In this document: positions 9,590 through 19,501 of the stretch, in pieces
Numbering within the stretch: position 1 is the stretch's first letter
Layout of the letters: each line of letters starts with the position of its first letter
DNA from: Xanthobacteraceae bacterium
GTDB lineage: Bacteria > Pseudomonadota > Alphaproteobacteria > Rhizobiales > Xanthobacteraceae
Direction of reading: 5' to 3'
NCBI GenBank assembly: GCA_036557665.1
Contig: DATBHG010000009.1
Location: forward strand, 106,011-170,010
DNA length: 64,000 nt
Notes under the pieces: model-generated
Database searches by the model: none
Seen by the model: only the letters and a program-made list of their open reading frames with translations
What the model was told of the DNA's origin: nothing
Program-made: the position numbers and the translations under genes

Positions 9590-10477
9590 ATGCGCTTCGA
9601 CCTGAACGATCTGGGACTGTTCCGTCATGTGGTGGAAGCGGGCAGCATCACCGGCGGAGCCGAGCGCGCGCATCTTGCGCTTGCCTCGGCATCGACGCGG
9701 ATTCGCAACATGGAGGAGACGCTCGGCGCGGCCCTGCTCATTCGCGGCCGTCAAGGCGTGGCGCCCACGCAAGCCGGGCGTACCCTGCTGCAACACGCCC
9801 GTCTGATCCTGCAGCAGGCGGAGCGGCTTCGCGAGGATCTCAGCGCCTATGCCGGGGGGCTCGCGGGTCAGATCAGGCTACTGTCCAATACCAATGCATT
9901 GACCGAGTTTTTGCCAGAGGCGCTCAGCTCGTTTCTTGCCGTCCATTCGAATGTCAGCGTCGATCTGGAGGAGCGGCTGAGCGACGAGATCGTCGGCTTG
10001 GTGGCAGAAGGGGTGGCCGATCTCGGCATCGTCGCGGGCACCGTTGATGCGAGCGCGCTCGAGACCTACCCATTCCGGAAAGACCGTTTCGTCCTGGTGG
10101 TGGCGCACGATCATCCCCTTGCCGCACGTTCGGAGGTCGCCTTCGCGGAAGTGCTGGACCACGATTTCGTAGGTCTCGACCGGGCGAGCGCGTTGCAGCG
10201 CTTCCTCGCCGCCAAGGCGGCGCCGAGCGGAAGATCATTGCGGCTGCGCGTTCAGCTGCGCAGCTTCGACGCGGTCTGCCGGATGGTCGAATGCAGGGTC
10301 GGAATAGGGATCGTGCCGCAGACCACGGCGCAGCGCGCGGCGCGAACCATGGCGATCGCCGCGGTCGCGTTGAACGATGCGTGGGCACTGCGGGACCTGA
10401 CGATCTGCATCCGCAGCCTTGCGGAGCTGCCGCCCTACGCTCGGGAGCTGGTAGAGCATCTGCGCGCCCCCGCATAG
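9590..10477 (+). CDS. LysR-family transcriptional regulator
   Basis: The N-terminal wHTH is MRFDLNDLGLFRHVVEAGSITGGAERAHLALASASTRIRNMEETLGAALLIRGRQGVAPTQAG. The 295-aa length fits the family. It is divergent from sdhC. Confidence 0.85.
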   Translation: MRFDLNDLGLFRHVVEAGSITGGAERAHLALASASTRIRNMEETLGAALLIRGRQGVAPTQAGRTLLQHARLILQQAERLREDLSAYAGGLAGQIRLLSNTNALTEFLPEALSSFLAVHSNVSVDLEERLSDEIVGLVAEGVADLGIVAGTVDASALETYPFRKDRFVLVVAHDHPLAARSEVAFAEVLDHDFVGLDRASALQRFLAAKAAPSGRSLRLRVQLRSFDAVCRMVECRVGIGIVPQTTAQRAARTMAIAAVALNDAWALRDLTICIRSLAELPPYARELVEHLRAPA

Positions 10478-10501
10478 TCTGGGCCTGCAGCGCGGACTGA
10501 T

Positions 10502-11272
10502 TCACCTCGTCGCGACCATGAACATTCGTGGGAACCGCAGCAGCACCTTTCCGTCGAAGCGCTTGGTGTAGTGTCGCGCGATTTCCGCCGCATACGCTGT
10601 CAGAAAGCCCTCACGGAGAATCGGATCGAGCGTTGAGATGAAGGGGCGCAGCGCCGAGCCCTTGAACCATTCGACGATACCCTCCGGCCCTGACATCACG
10701 TGATTGTAGATCGTGTGCCAAACGTCCAGATGGGAGCAGGCCGGCCCGAGCAGATCGTAATAGAATTCAGGCGCGGGCAAATCCTCACGCGCGGCCGCTG
10801 CCATTTCAGGATGGGCGGACCAGGGCCCCTTGGCTGCAATCTCTCGCATGAGGACCAGCGCGGGCTCGTTGGTGTTATCCGGCATTTGCGCCGCAAGCAC
10901 GCCCCCTGGCGGCAGAGCGTCGAGCAGCCGGCGCAGCACCGCCGGGTGGTCCGCGACCCACTGGAAAACCGCGTTCCCGAACAGCAGATCGGCCGGCTCG
11001 TCGGGACGCCACGTCGCGAGGTCGCCCTGCGTGAAGCGGCATTGCGGCAGACGCTCGCGGGCTTGCCGCAGCATTTCCGGCGAAGAATCCACCCCGACGA
11101 TGCGCGCCTCGGGGTAACGCTCCAACAGAAGCTCTGTCGAATTGCCGGGCCCGCAACCCAGATCGATCACCAGCCGTGCGTGCGCGAGCGGGACCTGCGC
11201 GAGCAGGTCGCGCGAGGGGCGCGTGCGGTCATCCTCGAACCTGAGATATTGCCGGGCGTCCCAGTCGCTCAT
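10502..11272 (-). CDS. tam: trans-aconitate 2-methyltransferase
   Basis: ORF 10502..11437 trimmed to ATG 11272 (MSDWDARQYLRFEDDRTRPSRDLL..VIDLGCGPGNSTELL..). It has the SAM-binding DLGCGPG motif and a Tam-like N-terminus. Its ATG overlaps the upstream stop as ATGA. Confidence 0.8.
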   Translation of the reverse strand: MSDWDARQYLRFEDDRTRPSRDLLAQVPLAHARLVIDLGCGPGNSTELLLERYPEARIVGVDSSPEMLRQARERLPQCRFTQGDLATWRPDEPADLLFGNAVFQWVADHPAVLRRLLDALPPGGVLAAQMPDNTNEPALVLMREIAAKGPWSAHPEMAAAAREDLPAPEFYYDLLGPACSHLDVWHTIYNHVMSGPEGIVEWFKGSALRPFISTLDPILREGFLTAYAAEIARHYTKRFDGKVLLRFPRMFMVATR

Positions 11273-11805
11273 GACTGGCCAATGATCAAGAACAGGTCCG
11301 TGTCGCCCGTCGCCTCCCCGCAGGCCGTGATCATCGCGTGCACCTGCCCGCGGTGGTGGGTCTGATGGTTGAAGAAATGCGTCACCAGCAGGCTGCGCGG
11401 CTGCCGCAATTCCTTGTTCGCCGACTGGCTGAACCAAACCTGCTCCTGGCCCAGCCAGTCCTCGCGCATGCGCTCCGCCCAGGTCGATATTCCTCGGTCC
11501 GCGTCGGAGCGCGCACGCGAGAGCTCCTCGAAATCGGCGATCAGCGCCCGGCTTTCCTTGATGGCGACGGCGGGCTTGGGCCAGTCGTCGAAGCGTGACA
11601 TCCAGACCTGATCGCCCCAGAGCAAATGACAGAGCGTCCCATGAATCGAGCCCCAGAAGGCGCCACGCTCCAGCCGCCGTGCCGCTTCAGGCAGGCGCCA
11701 AGCAGCAGCATAAATCCGCCGGTTCATCTCGGCATTGTACGCTGCCATGGTCCGGACGAAGGATGGTGTGACGAGAACATCCGATGCAGTCTGCGGCACT
11801 GCCAT
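11269..11805 (-). CDS. DinB-family protein
   Basis: ORF 11269..11976 trimmed to ATG 11805 (MAVPQTASDVL..). GSIHGTLCHLLWGDQVW and HFFNHQTHHRGQV are DinB-fold metal-binding His motifs. Confidence 0.7.
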   Translation of the reverse strand: MAVPQTASDVLVTPSFVRTMAAYNAEMNRRIYAAAWRLPEAARRLERGAFWGSIHGTLCHLLWGDQVWMSRFDDWPKPAVAIKESRALIADFEELSRARSDADRGISTWAERMREDWLGQEQVWFSQSANKELRQPRSLLVTHFFNHQTHHRGQVHAMITACGEATGDTDLFLIIGQS

Positions 11806-12297
11806 TGCAAACCTCTGCCCTGCTTTGCTCGACCGCAGCGAGCTTCGAGCGCATCCCGCGGCCGCAGCCTTCCTATTATCATTCCTGGCCCGCATTGGCT
11901 CGGCCGAGCCCGGATTTCGGAACGATCCTGCAATGCAACGAAGCCGAGCAGACCCTGGCAGCTCCCATCTCCACAAGGCGGCATGAACGCGATCGCATGG
12001 GATGCATCAACGCGAGCTCAATAAATTCTCGATCACGCGGAACCGACGATCATGGTCGAGCGCTACAACAGCCAGAGAAGTGCGCTGCCGGCTAGCCCGC
12101 AGCCTCTGGCTGTGCCGGTCCCGATCTCGCCCGAGAGGTCCCCGAACTGAGACGGAATGGCCCGCCCCCTACCAAGTGCTGAGCGCGTTTCAATGAAACG
12201 TCAGCCACGACGACTAGGCCCAGCAGTGGCAATGGTGTAAAGTTCATTCCGACAAGAAATAAAGAAAACCAACACGATGCATCGACAGGAGGATTCA

Positions 12298-13647
12298 ATG
12301 CCACGCGCAGATATCTCCAGGCGCAGCCTGCTCAAGACCACAGCCCTGACGGCGGCCAGTGTGGTTTCCGCCCCGTACGTTCGGCACTCCTATGCCGCGG
12401 GCAAGCTCACGCTCGGCGTGTGGGATCACTGGGTTCCCGGCGCGAACAATACGATGACCAGGCTTTGCAACGAATGGGGGGAAAGGAACAAGGTCGAGGT
12501 GACGATCGATTACATCACGTCCCAGGGGGACAAGGATATCCTGACCGCGAGCGCTGAGGCTCAGGCCCGCGCCGGGCACGATATCATGTCGCATCGCGCG
12601 TGGCAGATCCAAGTCCATCGCGCTGTGCTGGAGCCGCTGGACGATGTGGTCAATGCGCTTATTGCCAAAGCCGGCCCGATCAGCCCCGTCTCTGAATATC
12701 TGGCCAAGGCGGATGGCAAATGGTTCGGCCTTCCCACCACGATCGGCAGCCAGGTCAAACCATGCTGCTCCCGCCTCGACCTCTACAAACAACACTGCGG
12801 CATCGATCTGACCGCGATCTTCCCGGCAAACCCCAATCGGGATCCGAAGCTGGTCGACAGCTGGAACTACGACCTTTACCTCAAGAGCGCGGAACAGCTG
12901 TTCAAGGCCGGCTCTCCGATAGGTCTGCCCATGGGCCAGACCAGCGACGCGATCGATTCGACCGGGGCGATATTCCGCGGCTTCGGCTCGGTGATGGCGG
13001 ACGAGAAAGACAATATCAAGGTCGATTCGAACGAGACCCGCGCGGCCTTGGAATATTTCAAGAAGCTGATGCAGTTCAATCCGCCGGAGGTCTACGCCTG
13101 GGACGATGCAGGCAACAACCGCTGGCTCATCTCCGGCAAGGGTGCGGGCATCCAGAACCCGCCGAGCGCCTGGTCCGTGGCCAAGCGCGACAACCCGAAG
13201 GTCGCGGAGCAATGCTGGACCCACGACATGCCGCGCGGCCCGGCGGGCCGGTTCGTCGGCCAGCTGCCGTTCTTCTATGGCCTGTGGTCGTTCTCGCAGA
13301 GCAAGCCGGCGGGGAAGGCGCTGCTGCAGTTCCTCTCGGAGAAGGATCAGTCGCGCCAGCTGGTGGCAGCCTCGAACGGCTACGATCTGCCCTCGTTCAA
13401 GAGCTATTACGATTTCGATACGTGGGAGAAGGTCGAGCCCCCGCACGGCACCGTCTACAATTACCCCCCGCGCGGCGACGAGCAGCCCACCATCACCGGC
13501 TATCCGGCACGGCCCGATGTGGCCTCGCAGATCTACAACCAGTCGCTCCACACTATCATGGTCGCCAAGGTCTGCCAGGGCAACGAGCCGGTCGACAAGG
13601 TGATCGCGTGGGCGAAAGGCGAGCTGGAAGGAATGCTGCGAGCCTGA
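12298..13647 (+). CDS. ABC transporter substrate-binding protein (carbohydrate-type, family 1) with Tat-like signal
   Basis: AGGAGG precedes ATG 12298. The sequence MPRADISRRSLLKTTALTAASVVSAP has a twin-arginine leader. The gene is followed by two permeases and an ATPase. Confidence 0.85.
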   Translation: MPRADISRRSLLKTTALTAASVVSAPYVRHSYAAGKLTLGVWDHWVPGANNTMTRLCNEWGERNKVEVTIDYITSQGDKDILTASAEAQARAGHDIMSHRAWQIQVHRAVLEPLDDVVNALIAKAGPISPVSEYLAKADGKWFGLPTTIGSQVKPCCSRLDLYKQHCGIDLTAIFPANPNRDPKLVDSWNYDLYLKSAEQLFKAGSPIGLPMGQTSDAIDSTGAIFRGFGSVMADEKDNIKVDSNETRAALEYFKKLMQFNPPEVYAWDDAGNNRWLISGKGAGIQNPPSAWSVAKRDNPKVAEQCWTHDMPRGPAGRFVGQLPFFYGLWSFSQSKPAGKALLQFLSEKDQSRQLVAASNGYDLPSFKSYYDFDTWEKVEPPHGTVYNYPPRGDEQPTITGYPARPDVASQIYNQSLHTIMVAKVCQGNEPVDKVIAWAKGELEGMLRA

Positions 13648-13656
13648 GGCGGCGCG

Positions 13657-14607
13657 ATGGTCGACGTCGCTCGGCCCTACCCCCTCGGTCGCAGCGAAGC
13701 GTCCGAGCGAGGCCGCCGTGCCGGTGGAAACCTGCAGCTCTGGCTGCGGCGCCGGAGTTCCGTTGCGGTACTGATGTGCCTGCCCCTGATCGTAATCGTG
13801 GCCGGACTGATCGTCTATCCGGCCCTGTATTCGATCTTTCTCGCCATGCTGAACAAGGCCCAGACCAAATTCGTGGGGCTCGACAATTTCAGCTATCTGC
13901 TCAGGCGGGACACGTTCCGGATGGTCGTGGAGCAGTCCGCGATCTTTGCGCTGAGCGCGGTCTTCTTCAAGGCGCTGATCGGTCTCGTGACCGCGCACCT
14001 CGTCAACAATCTGCCCAGCAAGGGACAGCGCAAGTGGCGGGGCATGCTGCTGGTGCCCTGGGTCATTCCGCTCGCACTCTCTACGCTGGGATGGTGGTGG
14101 CTGTTCGATCCCACCCACAGCGCATTCAATTGGCTCGTCCAGGGCTTCGGAGGCAATGAGATTCCGTGGCTGAGCAACCCCTACTGGGCGCGCTTCTCGG
14201 TGATCCTGGTGAACGTCTGGTACGGCGCGCCCTTTTTCCTGATCATGTACCTCGCCGCGCTGAAATCCGTTCCGGAGCAGCTCTATGAGGCGGCACAGAT
14301 CGACGGCGCCAATGCATGGCAGCGGTTCGTGCACATCACACTGCCGATGATGCGCAACATCATCGCCATCACGGTTCTGTTCTCGCTGATCGTCACCTTT
14401 GCCAATTTCGACATCGTGCAGATCATGACCGCCGGCGGGCCGCGCAACATGACGCATGTGTTTGCGACCTACGCGTTTCTCCTCGGCATCCGCAGCGGCG
14501 ATCTTCCGCTCGGAGCCGCGGTATCGCTGTTCATGCTCCCCATCCTCGCCGTGTCCGCGATGTTCATCCTGCGCGGTGTGCGCAAGCGCGGCAGAGAGAT
14601 CGGATGA
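13657..14607 (+). CDS. carbohydrate ABC transporter permease (MalF/UgpA-like)
   Basis: It has six predicted TM segments and an EAA-like loop LYEAAQIDGANAWQRFVHITLPMM. Confidence 0.85.
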   Translation: MVDVARPYPLGRSEASERGRRAGGNLQLWLRRRSSVAVLMCLPLIVIVAGLIVYPALYSIFLAMLNKAQTKFVGLDNFSYLLRRDTFRMVVEQSAIFALSAVFFKALIGLVTAHLVNNLPSKGQRKWRGMLLVPWVIPLALSTLGWWWLFDPTHSAFNWLVQGFGGNEIPWLSNPYWARFSVILVNVWYGAPFFLIMYLAALKSVPEQLYEAAQIDGANAWQRFVHITLPMMRNIIAITVLFSLIVTFANFDIVQIMTAGGPRNMTHVFATYAFLLGIRSGDLPLGAAVSLFMLPILAVSAMFILRGVRKRGREIG

Positions 14608-15500
14608 CGGCGCAGGCCATCGCTGCCGGGCATCTGCGCCCGACAATTCGCGCCAGCCTGAGCCGCAATCGGCGATGGGCTCTGATCGTGTCCTATTTTT
14701 TCCTTGTCCTGTTTGCGATCTTCTTTCTCACGCCGCCCTATTACATGATCATCACCTCGCTCAAGAGCGATGCCGAGGTCGCGCATCTCGCGACAAACCC
14801 GTGGATCATCTCCAACGGCGTTACGCTGGAGCAGTATCGTCTGCTGTTCCGGGACACCGACTTCCTGATCTATTTCAAGAACACGGTGATCGTCACGCTC
14901 TGCGTGGTCGCAATCACGATGGTCGTGAGCGTGCTCGCCGCATTCTCGCTTTCGCGCATGCGCTTCTGGGGCTCTGGAATCCTCGCCACCGGAATCTTTC
15001 TCACCTATCTCGTCCCGGACACGCTGCTGTTCATCCCGCTGTTTCAGATCGTGCGCGGCCTGGGGCTCCTCAATTCCTATTGGAGCATGGTCCTGGTCTA
15101 TCCGACGCTGACCGTTCCGTTCTGCACCTGGATCATGATCGGATATTTCCAATCGATCCCGAAGGAGCTCGACGAGGCCGCGTTGATCGACGGCGCGGGA
15201 CATCTGCAGATGCTGCTCAGGATCTTCATTCCCGTGGCGCTGCCGGGAATCATCGCGGCGACCATCTTTGCTTTTACCGTATCGTGGGCAGCCTTCGTCT
15301 ATCCGATCGCATTTCTGTTCAGCGCCGATCAGCAGGTGCTCACCGTCGGAACGGTGACCAGCCTGATCAAGGCCGACGTTTATAAATGGGGCATGCTGAT
15401 GGCAGGCGCGCTGGTGGCAGCGGCGCCCCCGCTCGTCGTGTATGCCTTCCTCATGGATTACTACATCGCCGGACTGACCGCGGGCGCGACCAAGGGGTGA
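14604..15500 (+). CDS. carbohydrate ABC transporter permease (MalG/UgpE-like)
   Basis: ORF 14316..15500 trimmed to ATG 14604, which overlaps the upstream stop as ATGA. The EAA loop is LDEAALIDGAGHLQMLLRIFIPVALPG. Confidence 0.85.
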   Translation: MTAQAIAAGHLRPTIRASLSRNRRWALIVSYFFLVLFAIFFLTPPYYMIITSLKSDAEVAHLATNPWIISNGVTLEQYRLLFRDTDFLIYFKNTVIVTLCVVAITMVVSVLAAFSLSRMRFWGSGILATGIFLTYLVPDTLLFIPLFQIVRGLGLLNSYWSMVLVYPTLTVPFCTWIMIGYFQSIPKELDEAALIDGAGHLQMLLRIFIPVALPGIIAATIFAFTVSWAAFVYPIAFLFSADQQVLTVGTVTSLIKADVYKWGMLMAGALVAAAPPLVVYAFLMDYYIAGLTAGATKG

Positions 15501-15504
15501 GATC

Positions 15505-16602
15505 ATGGCCGAGGTTGCTTTGCACAACGTCAGGAAACGGTTCGACGAGGTCGATGCCGTGCGCGGAGTGAGTCTGCATATCCCGGACAAGGAGTTCGTG
15601 GTCCTGGTCGGGCCCTCGGGCTGCGGCAAGAGCACCACGCTGCGCATGATTGCCGGGCTGGAGGAGGTCACTGCCGGCGACATCGTCATCGGCGGGGACG
15701 TGGTCAACGACGTGCCGCCGAAGGACCGCGATATTGCGATGGTCTTTCAGAACTACGCGCTTTATCCGCACATGACCGTGTTCGAGAACATGTCTTTCGG
15801 ATTGAAGCTGCGGCGCATACCGAAGCCGGAAATCAAGGCGCGGGTGGAGAAGGCCGCCAAGATCCTCGACATCGCCGACCTTCTCGGGCGAAGGCCCAAG
15901 CAGCTGTCCGGAGGGCAGCGGCAACGGGTAGCGATGGGGCGCGCGATTGTGCGCAACCCGAAGGTCTTCCTGTTCGACGAGCCGCTGAGCAACCTCGATG
16001 CCAAGCTGCGCGTGCAAATGCGCACCGAGATCAAGCGTGTGCACCAGCAGGTCAAGACCACGACCGTTTACGTCACCCACGACCAGGTCGAGGCGATGAC
16101 CCTTGCAGATCGCGTCGTGGTGATGAATGACGGGCGCATCGAGCAGGTCGGCACGCCGCATGAGCTCTATCACCGCCCGAAGACTCGATTTGTGGCCGGG
16201 TTCATCGGGTCGCCGGCGATGAACTTCCTGCCGGCGCGGCTCCAGCAAAACGGCGAAGGCCTCCTCCTGGGGCTCTCGGAGGCGCTGGCATTTCCGATCC
16301 CGTCCACGCATGCCCCGCGCTATTCCGCGAGCGTGGGCAAAGATCTCGTATTCGGGCTGCGCCCCGAGCACATCACCGAGCCGCGCGGGGAGGGTCGCGA
16401 CCCACGCTGCGAGTTCACCGTCACGCTCGACGTTGTCGAGCCCATGGGCATGGAGACGATGGTGTTCTTCGCCGTCAATGGCACCGAGGTCTGCGCGCGG
16501 GTAGAGCCTTCTGCGGCCGGCGCTCCCGGACAGCCGATGCGCCTCTATGCCAATCTCAATCACATGCACCTGATTGATCCCGCAACGGACCTGGTGCTCT
16601 GA
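15505..16602 (+). CDS. ABC transporter ATP-binding protein (MalK/UgpC-like)
   Basis: It has Walker A GPSGCGKST, the signature LSGGQRQRVAMGRA, Walker B VFLFDEPLSNLD, and a C-terminal regulatory (TOBE-like) domain. Confidence 0.9.
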   Translation: MAEVALHNVRKRFDEVDAVRGVSLHIPDKEFVVLVGPSGCGKSTTLRMIAGLEEVTAGDIVIGGDVVNDVPPKDRDIAMVFQNYALYPHMTVFENMSFGLKLRRIPKPEIKARVEKAAKILDIADLLGRRPKQLSGGQRQRVAMGRAIVRNPKVFLFDEPLSNLDAKLRVQMRTEIKRVHQQVKTTTVYVTHDQVEAMTLADRVVVMNDGRIEQVGTPHELYHRPKTRFVAGFIGSPAMNFLPARLQQNGEGLLLGLSEALAFPIPSTHAPRYSASVGKDLVFGLRPEHITEPRGEGRDPRCEFTVTLDVVEPMGMETMVFFAVNGTEVCARVEPSAAGAPGQPMRLYANLNHMHLIDPATDLVL

Positions 16603-16618
16603 CAGGGATAAATTGGGG

Positions 16619-18304
16619 ATGGGGGTGAGATCGGCCGACACCTTCGACTACATCGTTGTCGGCGCAGGCTCTGCCGGCTGCGTCCTTGCCGACCGCCTGA
16701 CTGCTTCCGGCCGCTATCGCGTCCTGCTGTTGGAGGCCGGCGGGAACGACCGCAATGTATGGATCCACATCCCGCTCGGCTACGGCAAGCTCTTCTCCAA
16801 CCCCAAGGTCAATTGGCTCTACACGACGGAGCCGGAGCCGGAGCTCAACAATCGGCGCATCATCCAGCCGCGCGGCAAGGTGCTCGGCGGATCGAGCTCG
16901 ATCAATGGCCTCTTGTACATCCGCGGCCAGCACGAGGACTTCGATCACTGGCGTCAGCTAGGCAACCCGGGCTGGAGCTTCGACGACGTGCTGCCGTACT
17001 TCCGCCGCTGCGAGGACCAGGAACGCGGCGCCGACGCGCTGCATGGCACGGGCGGGCCGCTCGCTGTCTCGGACGTCTGCGAGCCGCACCCACTATGCGA
17101 GGCCTTCATCGAGGCTGCCCAACAGGCGGGACTTCCGCGCAACGACGATTTCAATGGACCGGCGCAGGAAGGGGCCGGCTATTTCCAGCTCACCGCCCGC
17201 AAGGGCCGCCGCTGCTCGACGGCCGTCGGTTACCTGCGGCGAGCACGCCGGAGGGCAAACCTTGCCGTCGTGCCCCATGCGCTGGCGTGCCGCATCTTGC
17301 TCGAAGGCCGGCGCGCGGTCGGGTTGGAGTACCGGCAGGACGGAACAATGCGGATTGCTCGCGCCAGCGGCGAGATCATTCTGGCCGGCGGCGCATTCAA
17401 CTCGCCGCAGTTGCTTCAGCTCTCGGGCGTAGGACCCGCGGACCTGCTCAAGTCCATGGGAATTCCGGTCGTCGCGGACATGCCTGGGGTAGGCTCGGAT
17501 CTGCAGGACCATCTCCAGGTAAGAATGCAGTATCGCTGCACCGAGCCGATCACCATGAACGACGTGATCAACAGCTGGCGCCACCGCCTTGGCGCGGGAA
17601 TTCGTTATGGTCTTTTCCGAAAGGGTCTGCTTGCCATCGGCGGGGGTTATGCGGGCGGCTTCTTTCGCGCAAGCCCGCTCGCAGCGACGCCCGATGTCCA
17701 GGTGCATCTGATCATTTTCAGCGCCGACGCCTCGGGCGCGGCGCTTCACCCGTTTCCCGGCTTTATTGCCTCGGTCTGTCAGTTGCGGCCCGAGAGCCGC
17801 GGCTTCGTGCGAATCAGATCCGCGGATCCGCACATGCCCCCTGCCATCCAGCCGCGATATCTCTCCGCGCCGAAGGATCGCGAGACCGTGATCGCCGGGA
17901 TGAAGCTTCTGCGCCGAATCATGCGCGAGCCGGCCATGCGCTGTTACATCGCCGAGGAGCGCCGGCCCGAGCCGAGCTGCACCAGTGACGGGGATCTCCT
18001 TGCCTATGCCCGCGAGACCGGCACGACCGTATTTCATCCGACCAGCACGTGCCGCATGGGTCCCGGCGGGGCGGCAGTCGTGGACGAGCGCCTGCGGGTG
18101 CACGGCCTCGAGCGACTGCGCGTGGTGGACGGCTCGATCATGCCCAGCCTCGTTTCCGGCAACACCAACGCCGCCGTCATCATGATAGGCGAGAAGGGAG
18201 CGGACATGATCCTCCAGGATGCGGGCGCGCACCCAGCAGTTCCGGTCGAAGCGCGTTCCGAGCCCCGCAGGTCCCGGCACGTTGGTGTACAGATCGGGGC
18301 ATAG
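16619..18304 (+). CDS. GMC-family FAD oxidoreductase (choline/alcohol dehydrogenase-like)
   Basis: ORF 16574..18304 trimmed to ATG 16619. It has the FDYIVVGAGSAGCVLADRL dinucleotide fold, GKVLGGSSSINGLLYIRG, and C-terminal TVFHPTSTCRMG..VVDGSIMP. Confidence 0.85.
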   Translation: MGVRSADTFDYIVVGAGSAGCVLADRLTASGRYRVLLLEAGGNDRNVWIHIPLGYGKLFSNPKVNWLYTTEPEPELNNRRIIQPRGKVLGGSSSINGLLYIRGQHEDFDHWRQLGNPGWSFDDVLPYFRRCEDQERGADALHGTGGPLAVSDVCEPHPLCEAFIEAAQQAGLPRNDDFNGPAQEGAGYFQLTARKGRRCSTAVGYLRRARRRANLAVVPHALACRILLEGRRAVGLEYRQDGTMRIARASGEIILAGGAFNSPQLLQLSGVGPADLLKSMGIPVVADMPGVGSDLQDHLQVRMQYRCTEPITMNDVINSWRHRLGAGIRYGLFRKGLLAIGGGYAGGFFRASPLAATPDVQVHLIIFSADASGAALHPFPGFIASVCQLRPESRGFVRIRSADPHMPPAIQPRYLSAPKDRETVIAGMKLLRRIMREPAMRCYIAEERRPEPSCTSDGDLLAYARETGTTVFHPTSTCRMGPGGAAVVDERLRVHGLERLRVVDGSIMPSLVSGNTNAAVIMIGEKGADMILQDAGAHPAVPVEARSEPRRSRHVGVQIGA

Positions 18305-18412
18305 CCTGGATGACGAATTTGCAATCAGGCCAGTTGCGTGCTTGGCTGCTCACGGAACAGGCAGATCGCCTGAGCAAAGTCTATCCTTCCGTCATTCCAA
18401 CAGGAGGCGCCA

Positions 18413-18787
18413 ATGAACCTTGGCGAAGTTGAACCGAGCGATTTTTATGGCGGGGAGCCGGCAACTGCTTCGCCTCCCGCCACCGTGTCCAGGGTGACCT
18501 TCGACCGACGCGAGCTCAATCGCATACTCGGTCTCTACGGGCGCAAGGTCGCCGCGGGGGAATGGCGTGATTACGCTATCGATTTTCTCCGCGACCGCGC
18601 CGTTTTCTCCATCTTTCGTCGCGCATCGGAAGTGCCGATCTATCGCATCGAGAAAAATCCCAAGCTCGCCCGGCGGCAGGGTGCTTACACCATCGTCTCG
18701 GCGACCGGTCTCATCGTCCGCCGCGGACATGAGCTCGACCGGGTCCTGCGCGCCCTCGATAAATCATTGAGCCTCGTGGCGGGGTGA
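18413..18787 (+). CDS. DUF2794-family conserved alphaproteobacterial protein
   Basis: VTFDRRELNRILGLYGRKVAAGEWRDYAIDFLRDRAVFSIFRRASEVPIYRIEKNPKLARRQGAYTIV matches my memory of DUF2794. Confidence 0.65.
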   Translation: MNLGEVEPSDFYGGEPATASPPATVSRVTFDRRELNRILGLYGRKVAAGEWRDYAIDFLRDRAVFSIFRRASEVPIYRIEKNPKLARRQGAYTIVSATGLIVRRGHELDRVLRALDKSLSLVAG

Positions 18788-18897
18788 CATCCCGCGGGGA
18801 GGCGCCGCGGGCATCCGACAAACGCTTGGCAGTTTTTTGGAGTGACGCTCCACTCGACATCGTCGAATGGGGAGCCGCCCCGCTTAGCCAAGTTGGG

Positions 18898-19434
18898 TTA
18901 AAACCGGTCCGGAGGCGTGGTAGCGCCACTCCCGAGTGGCCGCTGCATCAAGACGCTGTCGAGCCAACGGCCGAGCTTGAACCCGACGTTATCGAACGTG
19001 CCGACCATGCGGAAACCAGCCGCGCGATGGAGCTCGATGGAAGCAGCATTGGCCGAATCGCCGATGATGGCAATCATCTGCCGGTAGCCGCCGGCTTCCG
19101 AAAAGGCGATGAGCTCCGCCAGCAACGCGCGGCCGATCCCCTGCCGATGCGATCCCGGCCTGACATAGATGGAGTCTTCGACAGTCCACTTGTATGCGGG
19201 GCGGGCGCGATAGGGCCCGGCATAGGCATAGCCGGCAAGCAAACCGCCGAGCTCTGCGACCAGGAATGGGTATCCGCCGGAGCGCAGGGCCTGATAGCGC
19301 CCGGTCATTTCGCTTTCATCCGGCGGATCGAGCTCGAACGTCGCCGTCCCGTAACGGACGGCTGCACTGTAGATCTCCGCGATCGCCGAGAGGTCGCGCC
19401 ATCCGGCCGGGCGAATTGAAAGCGTGGCGCTCAT
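18898..19434 (-). CDS. GNAT N-acetyltransferase (phosphinothricin acetyltransferase-like)
   Basis: MSATLSIRPAGWRDLSAIAEIYSAAV..ATFE..YVRPGSHRQGIGRALLAELI..SIELHRAAGFRMVGTFDNVGFKLGRWLD is a PAT-like GNAT pattern. Alternative starts are 19446 and 19464. Confidence 0.75.
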   Translation of the reverse strand: MSATLSIRPAGWRDLSAIAEIYSAAVRYGTATFELDPPDESEMTGRYQALRSGGYPFLVAELGGLLAGYAYAGPYRARPAYKWTVEDSIYVRPGSHRQGIGRALLAELIAFSEAGGYRQMIAIIGDSANAASIELHRAAGFRMVGTFDNVGFKLGRWLDSVLMQRPLGSGATTPPDRF

Positions 19435-19451
19435 CCGGGCGCCCATACGCA

Positions 19452-19479
19452 AACGCCCCGGCACGAGGGCCGGGGCGTT
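19452..19479 (-). terminator. intrinsic-terminator-like hairpin after the BI-1 gene
   Basis: A perfect 11-bp GC-rich stem (AACGCCCCGGC / GCCGGGGCGTT, 6-nt loop) lies 23 nt after the stop at 19502. On the minus strand it is followed by TTTGCGTAT. Confidence 0.45.
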
Positions 19480-19501
19480 CGGATGAAGAAGCTCCGGGCG
19501 C

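Noticed and set aside
12275-12284. 10-bp palindrome CGATGCATCG immediately upstream of the sugar-binding protein RBS
   Set aside because: It is short and unaccompanied by a second half-site or a nearby regulator gene. It could be chance, so I did not elevate it to a finding.
12295-14646. 783-aa minus-strand ORF spanning the sugar ABC locus
   Set aside because: It is antisense to a clearly recognisable substrate-binding protein and permease. The sequence is Arg/His/Asp/Gly-rich low complexity with no motifs, a typical stop-poor antisense frame in high-GC DNA.
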